From contig NZ_FTMG01000016.1 of assembly GCF_900155965.1 (NCBI RefSeq), positions 6,035 to 30,034 on the forward strand: a stretch of DNA of 24,000 nucleotides, read 5' to 3'. How positions within the stretch are numbered: the stretch's first letter is position 1; each line of letters opens with the position of its first letter. Below, one piece after another: positions 22,247 through 24,000 of the stretch. The notes beneath the pieces are model-generated. The model searched no databases. It saw only the letters and a program-made list of their open reading frames with translations, and was not told the DNA's origin. Both the position numbers and the translations under genes were made by a program. This DNA comes from Mucilaginibacter lappiensis (GTDB taxonomy: Bacteria > Bacteroidota > Bacteroidia > Sphingobacteriales > Sphingobacteriaceae).

Positions 22247-23779
22247 TTATTGACCTGCTGATGCCCACCATGCATTTTGTGTTAGCAATGGATCCTGCGG
22301 TAAAAGTGTCCTCAAATCAAGCGGCCATAAATAGCCCCGGTTAGTTATGCGATTAGGCAAGTAGCCATCGATAGAATTATCATAGTTGGGGTTCGTGATA
22401 AGACCCGATCGTACAAGGTCAAAATACCATTGCCCTTCACCGTATAATTCTCTTCCCCGCTCGTCCATTATGGTATACAGCAAATCGTTTTGACTGGTAA
22501 AAACATAAGGATCAAGACCTGCTCTTTGACGTACTCGGTTGAGATACATTAAAGCGCTTCCCGTATTTCCCTGATTCAGATCAGCTTCGGCTTTTAGTAA
22601 GAAGATATCGGCAAGACGTAAAACAACCATGTTGTTGCTTACAAAAGGAAGCGTTTGCTGTTGTGGGTTTTGGTATATCACGTTGGCATACTTAACCATT
22701 AGGGTGCGGGCGCTTTGCAAACCATAAAAGGTTGATTTTATACGTACATCTTTTTTTGAGGCAGTGGTATCATATAAGCTATTAACCAGGTCCTTATTTA
22801 CCGACCATCCATAGCTTTTACCTTTTACAAATGGATCTCCTAAAAAAACCGAAAAAACGTTATTGTTGTTATCATTGGTAGCATCCCCGCGCTGTGCTTC
22901 ATTCTGATTGGGAGAATAGATCATGTTGATCTCAAAGATGCTTTCCGGGCTTTGGCCTTTAAAGATATGAGAAAAGTTGGCCCCTGTTTCAAGCGAATAC
23001 CCACCGTGTTGTATAACGCTATCGGCTGCTGCTGATGCCAATTGATATTGCTTTTGCCACATATACACCTTTGATAAAAGCGCAAATACTGATCCTTTAC
23101 CCGCCTGAACAGCAACTTGTGAGGCATTGGAATAATTATAACTTAAAAGGCTGGCACTTTTTTTCAGATCACTCACTACCTGGTTAAAACCATCCGCATC
23201 TTTGCTTCGGGCAATCGGCTTGGCGTTGATAGGATCTGTATAGGCTTGAGTAACAATCACAGGTTCTCCCCAAACTTGTGTGATATAATAATAGCAATAA
23301 GCCCTTATGAAATAAGCTTCGCCCATAATTTGATTTTTAGTAGCAACAGGATCATCCTGGAAATTGGCTGCGGCTATATTGGGTACCTTACTCAATATCA
23401 AATTACACTGGCTTATAACCTGGTAAAAACTGGTCCAGTTATGTAATATTGGTTCGCGATAAGGTACGTAGTTAAAGTTCCATTGATTGATAGAGCTTAA
23501 ACTGCCCAATTCAAAATTTTCATAAGCCGAAAATTCATTGGCCGTTGCATCACCAAAAATGAAATAAGCCTGGCCATTTGTTAAGGCTGTACGCAACAGG
23601 CCGTATGCACCTGCCAGTCCGCTTTCGGCAGCTCTTTCACTTGTCCAGAAATTATTGTCGGTTGGTGTATCAATTGGGCCTTCGTTAATGTACTTTTTGC
23701 AGGATGTAATTAATCCAACGCCGCAAATAATTATAGCTATAATGTATTTATTTATATACTTTTTCATCTGTAATTTCAT
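22247..23779 (-). CDS. RagB/SusD family nutrient-binding outer-membrane lipoprotein
   Basis: 510 aa with a lipoprotein signal (GLITSC). TPR-like SusD hallmarks are present (AYFIRAYCYYY..., RLADIFLLKAEA, ERGRELYGEGQWYFDLVR). It lies directly downstream of the SusC-like gene. Confidence 0.9.
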   Translation of the reverse strand: MKLQMKKYINKYIIAIIICGVGLITSCKKYINEGPIDTPTDNNFWTSERAAESGLAGAYGLLRTALTNGQAYFIFGDATANEFSAYENFELGSLSSINQWNFNYVPYREPILHNWTSFYQVISQCNLILSKVPNIAAANFQDDPVATKNQIMGEAYFIRAYCYYYITQVWGEPVIVTQAYTDPINAKPIARSKDADGFNQVVSDLKKSASLLSYNYSNASQVAVQAGKGSVFALLSKVYMWQKQYQLASAAADSVIQHGGYSLETGANFSHIFKGQSPESIFEINMIYSPNQNEAQRGDATNDNNNNVFSVFLGDPFVKGKSYGWSVNKDLVNSLYDTTASKKDVRIKSTFYGLQSARTLMVKYANVIYQNPQQQTLPFVSNNMVVLRLADIFLLKAEADLNQGNTGSALMYLNRVRQRAGLDPYVFTSQNDLLYTIMDERGRELYGEGQWYFDLVRSGLITNPNYDNSIDGYLPNRITNRGYLWPLDLRTLLPQDPLLTQNAWWASAGQ

Positions 23780-23787
23780 TGAATTAA

Positions 23788-24000
23788 TTAAAACTGAACA
23801 CTTACACCCAAGGTTACTTTCTTAGGGATGGGATAAGTTGCCCCATCGTAAATACCAAACGGATTTACCTGCTCGGCATCGGGAACTTTAGCCTTTTGGA
23901 AAGTATAAACATTCTGTAAAACTGCATAGAAACGGCAGCCTGAAAGACCCAATGCATCTAAATACCTTTTAGAAAGTTTGTATCCTAAAGAGATATTGGT
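23788..24000 (-). CDS. SusC/RagA-type TonB-dependent receptor, C-terminal 70 codons. The 5' end lies outside the window.
   Basis: My own reverse-strand translation gives ...TNISLGYKLSKRYLDALGLSGCRFYAVLQNVYTFQKAKVPDAEQVNPFGIYDGATYPIPKKVTLGVSVQF*. It ends in the aromatic residue typical of SusC barrels. It is absent from the ORF track because it has no start codon in the window. Confidence 0.85.
   Translation of the reverse strand, partial: TNISLGYKLSKRYLDALGLSGCRFYAVLQNVYTFQKAKVPDAEQVNPFGIYDGATYPIPKKVTLGVSVQF

Noticed and set aside
1-24000. Scan for rRNA, tRNA, integrase/transposase, phage, toxin-antitoxin or known defence-system genes
   Set aside because: None of the ORF translations shows integrase, transposase, nuclease/helicase defence, or toxin-antitoxin signatures. 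I also recognised no tRNA-like or rRNA-like sequence in the intergenic regions. The only evidence of mobile elements is the non-autonomous repeats near 13.1-13.6 kb.

Overview
The window is densely coding chromosomal DNA that looks like Bacteroidota, probably Sphingobacteriaceae (Mucilaginibacter/Pedobacter-like). I infer this from the SusC/SusD locus, the lipoprotein signal peptides and the protein families present; nothing was searched. All family calls come from reading the supplied translations from memory.

Layout from left to right:
(1) The 3' end of a glutaminase-like (DUF1793) gene and an acyltransferase-3 gene.
(2) A plus-strand ECF sigma / zinc-finger anti-sigma pair, followed by two small membrane proteins and a CarboxypepD_reg/plug/beta-barrel outer-membrane receptor. 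The same ECF-type promoter motif (TTGCAAC-N14-CCGGTCT) sits in front of the sigma gene and again in front of the first downstream gene.
(3) A short AraC-family C-terminal remnant.
(4) A minus-strand operon of eight redox/detoxification genes (YceI, 4-OT tautomerase, SDR, NTF2-like, ABM monooxygenase, nitronate monooxygenase, SDR, DyP peroxidase). It lies downstream of a Crp/Fnr-type regulator gene, and two CRP-like GTGA-N6-TCAC palindromes sit in the intervening promoter region.
(5) About 1 kb with no ORFs, filled with repeats. It contains a 176-bp MITE-like element with perfect 18-bp terminal inverted repeats and a 10-bp direct flanking duplication. This element is inserted into one arm of a larger palindromic element. 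A REP-like hairpin also lies here.
(6) The most interesting part is a very tightly packed eight-gene minus-strand operon. It encodes two periplasmic YHS proteins, a stand-alone CoaB-type cysteine ligase, DoxX, DinB, an NRDE(Cys1)-ATP-grasp fusion, a LysE-type exporter and a thioredoxin-fold lipoprotein. I propose, purely by inference, that this is an uncharacterised system for making and exporting a cysteine-derived small molecule.
(7) A strong bidirectional terminator, then the distal end of a SusC/SusD polysaccharide utilization locus (PUL) carrying fasciclin, DUF5007-like and DUF3472-like genes.

I saw no rRNA, tRNA, CRISPR array, prophage or recognisable defence system.
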